This document shows positions 52,278 through 61,069 of a stretch of 64,000 nt of DNA, piece after piece (within the stretch, counting starts at the first letter, position 1; every line of letters starts with the position of its first letter). The stretch is from the sequence record OQ603353.1, one strand, 5' to 3'. A program made the position numbers and the translations under genes. The notes under the pieces are model-generated. The model was not told the DNA's origin and did not search any database. It worked only from the letters and a program-made list of their open reading frames with translations.

Positions 52278-52610
52278 TCACTCGGAGTAGATGGTAGGGC
52301 GTTTGGTTTGCTTGCTCTTGAGTTCGCCAGTGAGGGAGCGAAGACGCTCCCACGTGATCGGTCCAGCCATGCCCTTCGCTTTCTTGAAAGCAGTACGCAC
52401 GAATCGGTCTTCGCAGTCGAGGCGTTGAGCCATATCGGCGTAGCTGACGTTCTCGCCCTCGATCAAGTAACGATCAATCTTGACCGGGCGCTTCTTGGCA
52501 AAGTCACGCTGCGTTGCAATGTGGAAGCCTTGCATCGTAGGTGCTTTGTCGGGTTTGCTAAGGGGATCGTATGATCCCCGTTTGATGAGGTGACTCACAG
52601 CTTTTTCCAT
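52278..52610 (-). CDS. Hypothetical HTH-like protein (start uncertain)
   Basis: SYADMAQRLDCEDRFVR. Confidence 0.5.
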   Translation of the reverse strand: MEKAVSHLIKRGSYDPLSKPDKAPTMQGFHIATQRDFAKKRPVKIDRYLIEGENVSYADMAQRLDCEDRFVRTAFKKAKGMAGPITWERLRSLTGELKSKQTKRPTIYSE

Positions 52611-53383
52611 TCCTCGTAGGTCATGACTTGCGTGACGTAGCCCGGCCACGTCTTTTCAGTGGCGACGTTGAGGGCAGTTTCGTGCAAGTCGAACAACCAC
52701 GGCTCAACATCGCCGAAGTCCTTACCGAAGTGTTCGATCTGGCCATAGGTGCCCGCGTATCGACCCGGCTCCCCATTCTCCAGTGCGACACGACGGATGA
52801 TGCACCAGCGCGTAGGTTCGATGAAGGGTATACCCTCAGCTTCGGCCATGCCCTTCGCTTCTTCGACCGCTTCCTTAGCGGTGGCGTAACTGCCGAACCC
52901 GGTGTTGAACGGTTCATGCAGTCCCTCTTCATTTACAATGATGATGACGGCGAAGAAGCCCCGAATGCCGTGCGTCACAGTTGCATATGCAGTGATGGGC
53001 GGTTCGTAGTCCGGGTAGTGCTCCTTCAACGCCTCAGCAATCGTGGCTTCGGTGTCGAACGTGTTGCTCAGTTCCTTCGGCAGTTCGTAGAACGTGGAGT
53101 AATCATGGTCATCCATGAAGCCCCCGAACTCGCGCGCATGGTCATCGTTGAGGATGATGAAGCGACCGACCAGTTCGTACTTGAGCTTGAGGACAGTGTG
53201 CACACCATTCTCAGCGTATTGCGATCGGACAGTGCTTGCACCCTTTCGCTCACGATCGGCTTGTTCTTCCGCAGCCTTGGCCGTGCGGTACAGGCCCGAG
53301 CAGTAGTCCTCGTAGTTGCAGCAGGTGCAGCCGGTGCCGTGGTGGATGGTGTAGCAGAAACCGACGGGTGCATGCTTGCTCAT
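52595..53383 (-). CDS. Hypothetical multidomain protein
   Basis: 262 aa, N-terminal CTCC. Confidence 0.65.
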   Translation of the reverse strand: MSKHAPVGFCYTIHHGTGCTCCNYEDYCSGLYRTAKAAEEQADRERKGASTVRSQYAENGVHTVLKLKYELVGRFIILNDDHAREFGGFMDDHDYSTFYELPKELSNTFDTEATIAEALKEHYPDYEPPITAYATVTHGIRGFFAVIIIVNEEGLHEPFNTGFGSYATAKEAVEEAKGMAEAEGIPFIEPTRWCIIRRVALENGEPGRYAGTYGQIEHFGKDFGDVEPWLFDLHETALNVATEKTWPGYVTQVMTYEEWKKL

Positions 53384-53691
53384 GTTTCATCCTCAGTGCT
53401 GTAGGTGCGCCATGCGCTTTCGCGGGCGGGTGCGTAACGCAGATGCTTGACGGCGTAACGGTTTCCGTAGTGATCCGTCTTCCACTCATCGGTGAACCCG
53501 ATTTCACGAACCGCTGCTTGGTAGGTGTCCGGATCGTCCTCGTAGTAACCGTTGGTGTTGTCGATGCTGTGCCAGTGGGCAAACTTGCCACCGCACACGT
53601 TGCACTTGTTGGGATAGCTCGCGTTGTGCGTGTCCCAAATCATGTGGTGCCCGTTTTCGCACAGGCGTTCTTCACTTCCTCGATAGCCCAC
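53380..53691 (-). CDS. Conserved Cys-containing phage hypothetical protein
   Basis: LCENGH...CNVCG...WHSIDNTNG motif. Confidence 0.65.
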   Translation of the reverse strand: MGYRGSEERLCENGHHMIWDTHNASYPNKCNVCGGKFAHWHSIDNTNGYYEDDPDTYQAAVREIGFTDEWKTDHYGNRYAVKHLRYAPARESAWRTYSTEDET

Positions 53692-53692
53692 G

Positions 53693-54262
53693 TCACTTCC
53701 TCTTGGCGTAGTAGCGATGCCCCTTGTGGGGGAATGCGTTGTGGCCGAACGGATGGATGGTGTCCAACTCGTAGCCGGAACTATGGCGATAGATGCGCGT
53801 CGTTTCGTGTGTCGAAGTGGTTTTCGTTACGCGGTCCACATACACACGTTGATCGTCCATCAATGCCTCGCGCACGATCTGGCGCACTTGACGCAACGTG
53901 CGAACCTTGCGGTCGATGGGGATTTCACCGAAGACTTCATACACGCGACGGCGCTTGTACTTCGGACGGTTTCGGCTGAACGATACTGCTTCCTTGAACG
54001 CTGCTTTCAACAGCGCGACCGAATCGCCGTGATGCTCCTGCGGCGACCAAAACTCAATGAAGCACCACCCGCCCTTCTCATCATAGCTTTGCAGGAAGGC
54101 GTGCGACTTTCGGTGCGCCTTGTAGTGAGGGCTCTCAATCCAGTTGTCCGTGACACTGGAACGAAGGGCAACCATTTGCTCCGGCGTGCCGTTCTCAACG
54201 ACGACGCCCCAATTCTTGTCAGCGAACGGCTTGCAGTAGGTGAAGGTCGGGCGACGGCTCAT
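53693..54262 (-). CDS. Hypothetical protein
   Basis: ATGA overlap places the start at 54262. Confidence 0.6.
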   Translation of the reverse strand: MSRRPTFTYCKPFADKNWGVVVENGTPEQMVALRSSVTDNWIESPHYKAHRKSHAFLQSYDEKGGWCFIEFWSPQEHHGDSVALLKAAFKEAVSFSRNRPKYKRRRVYEVFGEIPIDRKVRTLRQVRQIVREALMDDQRVYVDRVTKTTSTHETTRIYRHSSGYELDTIHPFGHNAFPHKGHRYYAKRK

Positions 54263-54483
54263 CCTGTGAAACTCCTTTTCATCAAATCGCGTGGGTTCGG
54301 ATACTGCTGTTTCAACTTGTGCGTTCGCATAGCATCCCGATCCTGCCGGATGAGTTGCTTCGCTTTGTCTTTCACCGTCAGCTGCCAATCGCCCGCCGCA
54401 CGCAACCCACCTTTCACGCTCAGGGATCGCAGCAGGGATTGTGTGGCGTTGGTGTTGGTGATTGCAACGATGGGGAGGATCAT
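54259..54483 (-). CDS. Hypothetical protein
   Basis: ATGA overlaps on both sides. Confidence 0.55.
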   Translation of the reverse strand: MILPIVAITNTNATQSLLRSLSVKGGLRAAGDWQLTVKDKAKQLIRQDRDAMRTHKLKQQYPNPRDLMKRSFTG

Positions 54484-54863
54484 TTTGTATCCCTCGGATA
54501 GTGGTAACCGAAGAACCACACCGGGTAGCCATTGGACTGGTTGGTGTAGTGAGTGATCTTGGTCAGTACGAGTTCGGGCTGATCGAAATACAACCGCAGG
54601 AACTCTTCGATTTGGGCCGGAGTGCGCTGCGGGCTATAGAAATACTGACCCGAGTTGCCCCACACTTTCTTAGCGCAACGGTCGAACTTGCTGCTATCCC
54701 ACGAGAACATGCGGTCACTATATGCGCCGCTGTTGAGGTGGGTTTCCAAAACGTCCACGTGATTCTGGAATTGAACACGGCCACCGAATTCATCGGTAAG
54801 CTCTTGGAACTGACCATCCACGAAGACGAAGGTGCGGTGGCCGAACTGATTATCCAGCGACAT
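54480..54863 (-). CDS. Conserved phage hypothetical protein
   Basis: AYSDR...WD..KF...IE.FL..YF...NQSNGYPVWFF motif. Confidence 0.7.
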   Translation of the reverse strand: MSLDNQFGHRTFVFVDGQFQELTDEFGGRVQFQNHVDVLETHLNSGAYSDRMFSWDSSKFDRCAKKVWGNSGQYFYSPQRTPAQIEEFLRLYFDQPELVLTKITHYTNQSNGYPVWFFGYHYPRDTK

Positions 54864-55149
54864 AGTGCTTCCCCTTTAGGGCCTTGAATACGTATTCGTT
54901 GATGTGAACGAACTGGAAACAAGCAGCGACGCACGCAGCAACGAGGAAACACAGGGCTAACACAAGCTTGCCCTTGCCAGCCAACGCCACACACCAGCAC
55001 GCATAGGTCAACACGGTTACGATATTGAGATTTATCTCCACCCTATCTCGTTGGTAGCACCAGCCAAAGTAAAGCAGAACGTCCCACATGTTGTAGAAGA
55101 TGTACGCCCGGTCACCGTGGATATACATGCGATCACTCCATCGCATCAA
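54850..55149 (-). CDS. Small membrane protein
   Basis: Hydrophobic C-terminal half. Confidence 0.5.
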   Translation of the reverse strand: MMRWSDRMYIHGDRAYIFYNMWDVLLYFGWCYQRDRVEINLNIVTVLTYACWCVALAGKGKLVLALCFLVAACVAACFQFVHINEYVFKALKGKHYVAG

Positions 55150-55417
55150 GTGCAGTACGAACGAATTCGCGGAAGTCTTGATCGCTCAGGTTGTTGATGT
55201 TGGCGCGCACCTGCTCGACGAAGTGCTCCGCTTTCAAGGGGACGCGGTTGGTAACTAGATTACCCCGAGTGTGCTTTTCACACACGGCGCAGAAGTCCCT
55301 GTAACTCGCCCTGCGCACGTGATGCGCGGGTGTACTGTCAGGCGTGCAATCGTCGCACAGGTAAGAGGTCTTGACCTGCACGCGCACCGAAAGATGCTTA
55401 GACTGAACTTGGTTCAT
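55133..55417 (-). CDS. Small Zn-ribbon protein
   Basis: CDDC...CAVC. Confidence 0.55.
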   Translation of the reverse strand: MNQVQSKHLSVRVQVKTSYLCDDCTPDSTPAHHVRRASYRDFCAVCEKHTRGNLVTNRVPLKAEHFVEQVRANINNLSDQDFREFVRTALDAME

Positions 55418-55629
55418 TTACCCAACTCCTTGTAGAAAGCAATGTCCAACCGCCATGTGGCGAAGACGATCAGGGCGACCAGCAGGTTGATTGATCCGAT
55501 GATCGAGAACGCAAGCCCTAACGATTTGAAGAAGGCTGGCAGCGCGCACATGATGCTGCCGATGAGGGTGCCCACAATGAGGTTCTTGCCCTTATGGCGC
55601 TTGAACCACGGAATGAATCGCATATCCAT
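55414..55629 (-). CDS. Small two-TM membrane protein
   Basis: TAATG overlap start. Confidence 0.55.
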   Translation of the reverse strand: MDMRFIPWFKRHKGKNLIVGTLIGSIMCALPAFFKSLGLAFSIIGSINLLVALIVFATWRLDIAFYKELGK

Positions 55630-55862
55630 TAGCGCTTCCCTGGCTTGGTCTTTGGCATGCCGATGGCGCTTGAAGCAGCCCGGCGATCCTTGGATGATTT
55701 GATCTTGAGTGCAGCGTCGGCGTGGCACTTGGCCGTGTAGATGTTGAACGTCTCTCCGGTACGCTCGCTACGTACCTTGCTTTCCAGTGCGCCATACTCG
55801 ATGACTTTGTGAATGCCATCGCGGCCTTCGACGCGGCAGAACTTGTCCCAAGACTGGATCAT
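55629..55862 (-). CDS. Small hypothetical protein
   Basis: Co-oriented ORF. Confidence 0.55.
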   Translation of the reverse strand: MIQSWDKFCRVEGRDGIHKVIEYGALESKVRSERTGETFNIYTAKCHADAALKIKSSKDRRAASSAIGMPKTKPGKR

Positions 55863-55904
55863 TGCGTTACCCCTTGTGGTGAATAGTCAGGCGATGCCCG
55901 TGCG

Positions 55905-56249
55905 TTACTTGATGATGAGCTTTTGATTGGAGCAGCAGTCCAACAATTGCTCGTACACTTCCGGTGTTACGTTGACACAGCCAGCGGTAATGCCTCGGCG
56001 GTCAGCAGGGTTGTCTGACTGGATGCGACGTTCCCGATGCTGTGCGTTGCCAAGTGTGTAGGTGCGGTGGATAGCAGACACGCCCTTGGCAGTGTGCCTG
56101 AACATGAGAACGTCGCCGCCGTATCCCGGCCAGTCCGTCTCAGCGTGCGTCATCTGAAACTCGCCGCGCGGAGTATCGGTTCCTACTAAAGCAGGATGGC
56201 ACTGACCCGCAAAGCAAATCAGCGCCAACGTCACGTCTACGATTACCAT
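55905..56249 (-). CDS. L,D-transpeptidase-like protein
   Basis: TPRGEF, GYGGDVLMF, AIHRT, ITAGCVNV (His/Cys catalytic pattern). Confidence 0.8.
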   Translation of the reverse strand: MVIVDVTLALICFAGQCHPALVGTDTPRGEFQMTHAETDWPGYGGDVLMFRHTAKGVSAIHRTYTLGNAQHRERRIQSDNPADRRGITAGCVNVTPEVYEQLLDCCSNQKLIIK

Positions 56250-56261
56250 GATCCTTTCCTT

Positions 56262-56291
56262 GAAAGGAGGGGCAGCCTAAGCCACCCCTCC
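56262..56291 (-). terminator. Intrinsic terminator
   Basis: GGAGGGGUGGC-UUAG-GCUGCCCCUCC then UUUC. Confidence 0.75.
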
Positions 56292-56297
56292 GGTGAA

Positions 56298-57671
56298 TCA
56301 ACCTTCGATCTTGCTGCGGATGATGTACTGCACCGGCTTCACTTCCTGCGGCAGTTCGCACAGGCGAAGCTGGATGGTAGTGACCATGCGCTGATTGGCG
56401 CTCGACGTGCCCATGCCAGCCTGACCCCATTCCTGACTGCGACCACCGCCGCCCAGCGCAACGTTGCGATTACCCGAAACACCAACCACCGTGGTGAACA
56501 TGGTGACCTGATGCCCGTAGTAGCGCGGGCCAGTCGGACCTTCAAAGGTCAGGTACGGCACCAAGTTACCATTGGCATCGGTGTAGGGCACCAGTTCCTG
56601 GGTGATGCCTTGGTCGATGCTCGACTTGATGAACAGGCCGTGGAAGGTTCCGTTGACTCGCTCAGTCACAACCTTTTGCAGCGGACCACAGGCCGACGTT
56701 TCCTTGATGATGTTGCCAGTGGCGACATACGAGGAAGGAGTCAGCGGCACGACAGCTGGGATGCTCAGGGCCAGTGCGCGGTAGCTCGAATTGTTGGAAG
56801 CGTCAACGTGCGTGCTGCTGTTGCCACTGCCATCATTCGACATGCTGCTCGACTGCCCACCAACCTTGGTGCTGGTCGATTGGCCACCGACATTGGTGGA
56901 CTGACCAACCGCGTTGGTGTTGGCGCTGCTCTGGCCCTGCGAGGCCGAGTTCGCATTCTTGTTGCTGCTGTTACCGCTGCCGTCATTCGACAGGCCGTTG
57001 ATGCTGCTCTGGCCCAGCGCGTTGGTGTTGTTGCCAGTGGTTGCCGAGTTGTTACCTCCGGTCAGCGCGTTCGCGTTGCCATTGGTATTGCTGCTCGACT
57101 GACCTTGGCCTTGCGATGCGGAACCGCCCTGACCACCCGCACCACCTGCACCACCAGCGCCGCCGTTGGCAGTGGTCGTGTTGTTCGACCCGTTGCCATT
57201 GCCCATGTTGCTGTTGGAACTGTTGCCGCCGTTGATGGCGTTGGCGTTGGAGGAATTGCCGCCCGTCATATCGCCCGTGCGGTTGCCACCATTCGACAGG
57301 GAGTTTCCGCCGCTGCTACTCGACGTGTTGCCAACCGAGGAACGGTTGTCGTTGTCGTTGTTGCTCAGGTTGCCTGTGGCCGAACCGCCTGCGCCACCCT
57401 GAGCATGACCACCCTGCACCGTGTTGCCGCTTTGGTCAACCGTGTTACCGCTCTGCTGGAGGTTGTTCTCACCAGTGTTGCTGTTGCCCGATTGGTTCGA
57501 TGCAGTCGAGTTGCCGATCTGCGTGGAGTTGGAATTGGTGTTGTCCGCCGTGGTGGACGTGTCACCCATGTTCTGATTGGAGCAGTTGACCGTACCTTCG
57601 GGGCACGGCGGGTTCTGCGCCAGTGCGGAGAACGACAGGGACAGTGCCAATGCAAGAATGAGCTTGTTCAT
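56298..57671 (-). CDS. Secreted Gly/Asn/Ser/Gln-rich repeat protein
   Basis: Sec signal MNKLILALALSLSFSALA, about 290 aa low-complexity N/G/S/Q region, globular C-terminus. Confidence 0.8.
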   Translation of the reverse strand: MNKLILALALSLSFSALAQNPPCPEGTVNCSNQNMGDTSTTADNTNSNSTQIGNSTASNQSGNSNTGENNLQQSGNTVDQSGNTVQGGHAQGGAGGSATGNLSNNDNDNRSSVGNTSSSSGGNSLSNGGNRTGDMTGGNSSNANAINGGNSSNSNMGNGNGSNNTTTANGGAGGAGGAGGQGGSASQGQGQSSSNTNGNANALTGGNNSATTGNNTNALGQSSINGLSNDGSGNSSNKNANSASQGQSSANTNAVGQSTNVGGQSTSTKVGGQSSSMSNDGSGNSSTHVDASNNSSYRALALSIPAVVPLTPSSYVATGNIIKETSACGPLQKVVTERVNGTFHGLFIKSSIDQGITQELVPYTDANGNLVPYLTFEGPTGPRYYGHQVTMFTTVVGVSGNRNVALGGGGRSQEWGQAGMGTSSANQRMVTTIQLRLCELPQEVKPVQYIIRSKIEG

Positions 57672-57705
57672 AGATTCCTTTTTTAGGGACGCCTTCGCTT
57701 TAATC

Positions 57706-57766
57706 GTAACCCTGCGCCTCGGGTTACCGCGCTAATGTGAAGCAGGGATACACCATGTATCCCTGC
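57706..57766. other. Two intergenic perfect stem-loops
   Basis: GTAACCC/GGGTTAC (57706-57727) and GCAGGGATAC/GTATCCCTGC (57742-57766). Confidence 0.6.
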
Positions 57767-57780
57767 CGTGCTACCGAAGA

Positions 57781-58419
57781 TTACTCTTCGTCTTCCTCGT
57801 CATCGCCGTTGTCGTCCGGATTCTCCGTGATGGCCTCCTGCGCAGCGCGTGCTGCCTTCTTTTCCGCACGCTTGCGTTCCTGGGCTGCCTCTTCCTCCGC
57901 TTCGCGTGCAGCACGCTCTGCATCGGCGACGGCCTGACGTGCCTGGAACACTTGTTCCATCGACTCACCCAGCGCGCCGTCCAGCAGTTCTTCCAGCAGC
58001 TTGTCAGCGCTCAGTTCGCCTTCGGCCGTCGCATCCTTGTTCGCCAGAAGGGCCGCAGCCTTCTTCTTGAGAACCTTGATGTGCGGCATGACGTTGACCT
58101 CGTAGTTCTCGGCCAGTTCCTTGCTGGTGAACAGCTTCCCGTCCTTCGCCTTGTAACGCGTCACCTTGACCGCGCCAGTGGAACCGGCTTCAACCGTGAA
58201 GCTGCCGTCAGCGTGTGCCTTGATCGCGTTGCGGTAGTCTGCGATCAGGCCGCCGATTTCCCCTTCGATCAGTTCACGGAACATGTTGGCCTTGCGATCC
58301 TGCGCGCCTTCCAGTGCAGTCTGGATCAGACCACGCATCTGTGCGAGGCAGACGGCCTCTTCCGACTGGAACAAGGTGTTGGTGCCATCGGCGATCCAGC
58401 GAGCGACTTTCTTTGCCAT
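57781..58419 (-). CDS. Hypothetical protein with internal repeat and coiled coil
   Basis: Two copies of V.R[WY].A.DG..LF.S; A/E-rich tail. Confidence 0.7.
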   Translation of the reverse strand: MAKKVARWIADGTNTLFQSEEAVCLAQMRGLIQTALEGAQDRKANMFRELIEGEIGGLIADYRNAIKAHADGSFTVEAGSTGAVKVTRYKAKDGKLFTSKELAENYEVNVMPHIKVLKKKAAALLANKDATAEGELSADKLLEELLDGALGESMEQVFQARQAVADAERAAREAEEEAAQERKRAEKKAARAAQEAITENPDDNGDDEEDEE

Positions 58420-58458
58420 GATGCTACTTCCTTCTTTGAGTGATGTTGCGAGTGGGTG

Positions 58459-58968
58459 TTACGGAGTGGTGGGTTCTTGCTCGATTTCTTGGACAGCAGC
58501 GAGCACTTCTGCTTCGGGAATCTCGATGTAGTTGGATTCCCAATCCAACTTGCCGAACGGCAGCATGAGGCATTCATCCGGTTCCATTACAATTGGCACG
58601 TCGTTGTTATGTGCCATGAGGCGTGCAATTGCCTCCTTGAGGGTCGGCGCCATCACCGACTTATCGTAGATGAAAATGTCGTTCTGTTCTTTTTCGTGAT
58701 CTTCCTTGAAGGTGTAGTAGAGACGGTACTTGTTGTTGGGAAGTCGAGGCTCCATAACCTCTTCTTCATCATCGACATAATCGTCCGAAGAATCCGTGGC
58801 GACTTTGCCATAGGACTCACGGTACAGTTCACCCATGCGGCTGAGGTCGTCAGGAAGTGACGCAGTGACCGAGAGTGCTCCGTTGCAGTAGCGAACAACG
58901 AAAACCTCTTGCTCGCCGCCGTCAACGTCAATGACAAGGGTATCCCCTTCCGCGATTACGATACGCAT
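58459..58968 (-). CDS. Acidic hypothetical protein
   Basis: Coupled ORF. Confidence 0.6.
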   Translation of the reverse strand: MRIVIAEGDTLVIDVDGGEQEVFVVRYCNGALSVTASLPDDLSRMGELYRESYGKVATDSSDDYVDDEEEVMEPRLPNNKYRLYYTFKEDHEKEQNDIFIYDKSVMAPTLKEAIARLMAHNNDVPIVMEPDECLMLPFGKLDWESNYIEIPEAEVLAAVQEIEQEPTTP

Positions 58969-59363
58969 TAAAGCTCCCCGAGCTCTTGCTCGATCAGGTT
59001 GAGATTGATTTCAAGTTTACGCGCCTGCTCCGTAAACTCATTGGCTTCGACATGGAGCCGCCGAATATCCGAGGGTAGCGACCACAGCACTTGATGCGCA
59101 ACCACGACACACCCGAAGATCAGCGCCACGATGGGAATTGCTATCATCGGGATGTTGTTCGCAAAGATGGACAGTACAATAAGCGTCACCAGCATCACTG
59201 CTGCACCCAGCAACCCGAACATACGCACGCGGCGCAGTTTCTTGATCGCCTCGAACTTGATGCGTCGCATCGCGTACAGGTGCCCGATGTGCGACACCAA
59301 ATCATCCTTGGCGTCCGTGAGCACCTGTATCCGCATCTTGTTCCGCCAATTATCCGTAATCAT
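58968..59363 (-). CDS. Two-TM membrane protein
   Basis: Hydrophobic hairpin flanked by coiled segments. Confidence 0.65.
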   Translation of the reverse strand: MITDNWRNKMRIQVLTDAKDDLVSHIGHLYAMRRIKFEAIKKLRRVRMFGLLGAAVMLVTLIVLSIFANNIPMIAIPIVALIFGCVVVAHQVLWSLPSDIRRLHVEANEFTEQARKLEINLNLIEQELGEL

Positions 59364-59617
59364 TCAGTACCTACCTGCGAGGAAGAGTAGAAGGCCGCTT
59401 GCTCCTGTTTCAGTTCGGCCTTGCGGTGGAAGAACGTGGCCCGACGCCACATGAGGACAATGTAAGCAACCACTGCGATCAACCCGATCGTCCAGTGGAT
59501 GAAGACCGCCAGAGCGATCCCGACGATCAGTACGAGGTACATGATCGTCGTGTGTTTCTGGATCGCATCCCTGCACCTGCCCAAGTCTGCGATCACGTCC
59601 GAGTAAGTGCGGCTCAC
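59360..59617 (-). CDS. Two-TM membrane protein
   Basis: Hydrophobic hairpin; GTGA overlap. Confidence 0.6.
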   Translation of the reverse strand: MSRTYSDVIADLGRCRDAIQKHTTIMYLVLIVGIALAVFIHWTIGLIAVVAYIVLMWRRATFFHRKAELKQEQAAFYSSSQVGTE

Positions 59618-60159
59618 GGCAGAATCTCCAGTTCATCGAACGAAGGCACGCCATGTACCCGAGACTCGCCGCGCTTTACGTAAGCCTTGCCCGGCACCGT
59701 GGGGCGATACCCCCATGCGTAGCTGGCCAGAGCGCCTTCCCCTTCGGTCTTCAGGATGAGGTTCTCCGGCTTGAAGTGTGGCGATGCCTTGATGGCGTCG
59801 AGTTCCGCTTGGTCCCACACCGGAAAACGCCAGTTGTGGTTGACGTTATCCACTGTCGTGATTAAGCCGTTCAGACGGCCCGGCGTCAACCACTGTTTCG
59901 TTGCAAGATCATATGCCAGCGTGCGGCACATGCTGCCCGTGCACTCGAAACCTGAGTGGTTTATCAGGCGTACCTCGTCAGTGACTGGTTCCACGATCCA
60001 ACCGCGTGGATGGGTGCCAAGCTTGCCAACGATCATGAACTCCGTATCCTCGTCAAGGGCCATGCCCTCGGCGGCACGGGCGAGCACAAGAATCTGATTG
60101 CCCACTCGGGTGGAGAAATTGTTGCGGCGGTTGTCACGAACAAAGATGAGGTTCTTCAT
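59614..60159 (-). CDS. Hypothetical protein
   Basis: GAGGA RBS before ATG 60159; HSGFECTGSMCRT motif. Confidence 0.65.
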   Translation of the reverse strand: MKNLIFVRDNRRNNFSTRVGNQILVLARAAEGMALDEDTEFMIVGKLGTHPRGWIVEPVTDEVRLINHSGFECTGSMCRTLAYDLATKQWLTPGRLNGLITTVDNVNHNWRFPVWDQAELDAIKASPHFKPENLILKTEGEGALASYAWGYRPTVPGKAYVKRGESRVHGVPSFDELEILP

Positions 60160-60178
60160 TGATCCGTCCTCGGATGCG

Positions 60179-60439
60179 TTAGAGTTTGAGCTTGATGACA
60201 GTGGCGTGGTCCCACTCTTCCGGCTTGCGCGCATCGTTGTCGTACTTGACCATGCGCGCTTGATGCAACCACTCTTCGAGTGTGCACCAGTTGAGGTGCA
60301 GGATTGGAACGCTGGATTCGATAGCGTGATCCTGATCCTCCCCGATGAAGTAGTGATAGCCTTCACCCTTCACCAGTTCCAGCTTCATGCCCTCCGCTGC
60401 GATAGCGGCGTTTACTTTCTTGTAGGTCAGACGTGCCAT
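60179..60439 (-). CDS. Hypothetical protein
   Basis: GAGGA RBS before ATG 60439. Confidence 0.6.
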   Translation of the reverse strand: MARLTYKKVNAAIAAEGMKLELVKGEGYHYFIGEDQDHAIESSVPILHLNWCTLEEWLHQARMVKYDNDARKPEEWDHATVIKLKL

Positions 60440-60449
60440 GATCCGATCC

Positions 60450-60878
60450 TCAGTAGGAGGCGACGTTGACCGAAATGCGATCAACAATGTTGCGCTGGGC
60501 GACTTCATCGCACACAAGCATGACGCGCGCCTTGTCGTCTTCCGTCGGGCGGTGACCTTGCAACTTCCACTTGGCCCGAACGTCAACCACGCAACCGCAC
60601 AGCACGTCAGCGCTAACGTCGTAGCCCGAAGAGTAGCCCAGCAGCGGAGCAACTACACTCCGGCACTGGCGCATATCAGCCAAGGCTGCATCGTTCAGGG
60701 TGGGCTCCGATCCCATCACAGCCTTGACGCTATTGACGATGCGCGCGGGCAGCTTGCTCGTCTCTTCCGAGAAGAGCTTGCCCGGATTGACGTGGACAAA
60801 GGCGGCGAGTGCGAGCATCCCGCAAACAACCTTGGCAGCGGCGGCGATGAATTCGTTGGTGGTCGGGGCAGTGTTCAT
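60450..60878 (-). CDS. Early membrane-anchored/exported protein
   Basis: First gene after cassette 4; hydrophobic N-terminus, C...CGC...C. Confidence 0.65.
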   Translation of the reverse strand: MNTAPTTNEFIAAAAKVVCGMLALAAFVHVNPGKLFSEETSKLPARIVNSVKAVMGSEPTLNDAALADMRQCRSVVAPLLGYSSGYDVSADVLCGCVVDVRAKWKLQGHRPTEDDKARVMLVCDEVAQRNIVDRISVNVASY

Positions 60879-60903
60879 TGCATTATCTCCGATGAGTGCG
60901 TTA

Positions 60904-61044
60904 TTTTCAAAGTGTGTTTGGCGTGCTGCATACGACAGGCACACTACTCCACACGTACATTATAGCACAAGTAAATCGGGGTGCACGCCACCCCTGATTC
61001 CCGTTAAGCTGCCGTTCAGGTTCAGTTCGAGCACCCTTTGAAAA
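60904..61044 (-). repeat. Early-promoter cassette copy 4 (extended -10 TGCTATAAT at 60959-60967)
   Basis: Near-identical to copy 3. Confidence 0.85.
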
Positions 61045-61067
61045 ATCGAGGGGTCGGAACACCCTCG
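61041..61067 (-). terminator. Intrinsic terminator after the helicase
   Basis: CGAGGG/CCCUCG stem then AUUUUU. Confidence 0.7.
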
Positions 61068-61069
61068 TT

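Noticed and set aside
36995-56291. Similar GGGGUGGC/GCUGCCCC stems in three terminators
   Set aside because: Adequately explained as ordinary related intrinsic terminators; no further structure supports a separate function.
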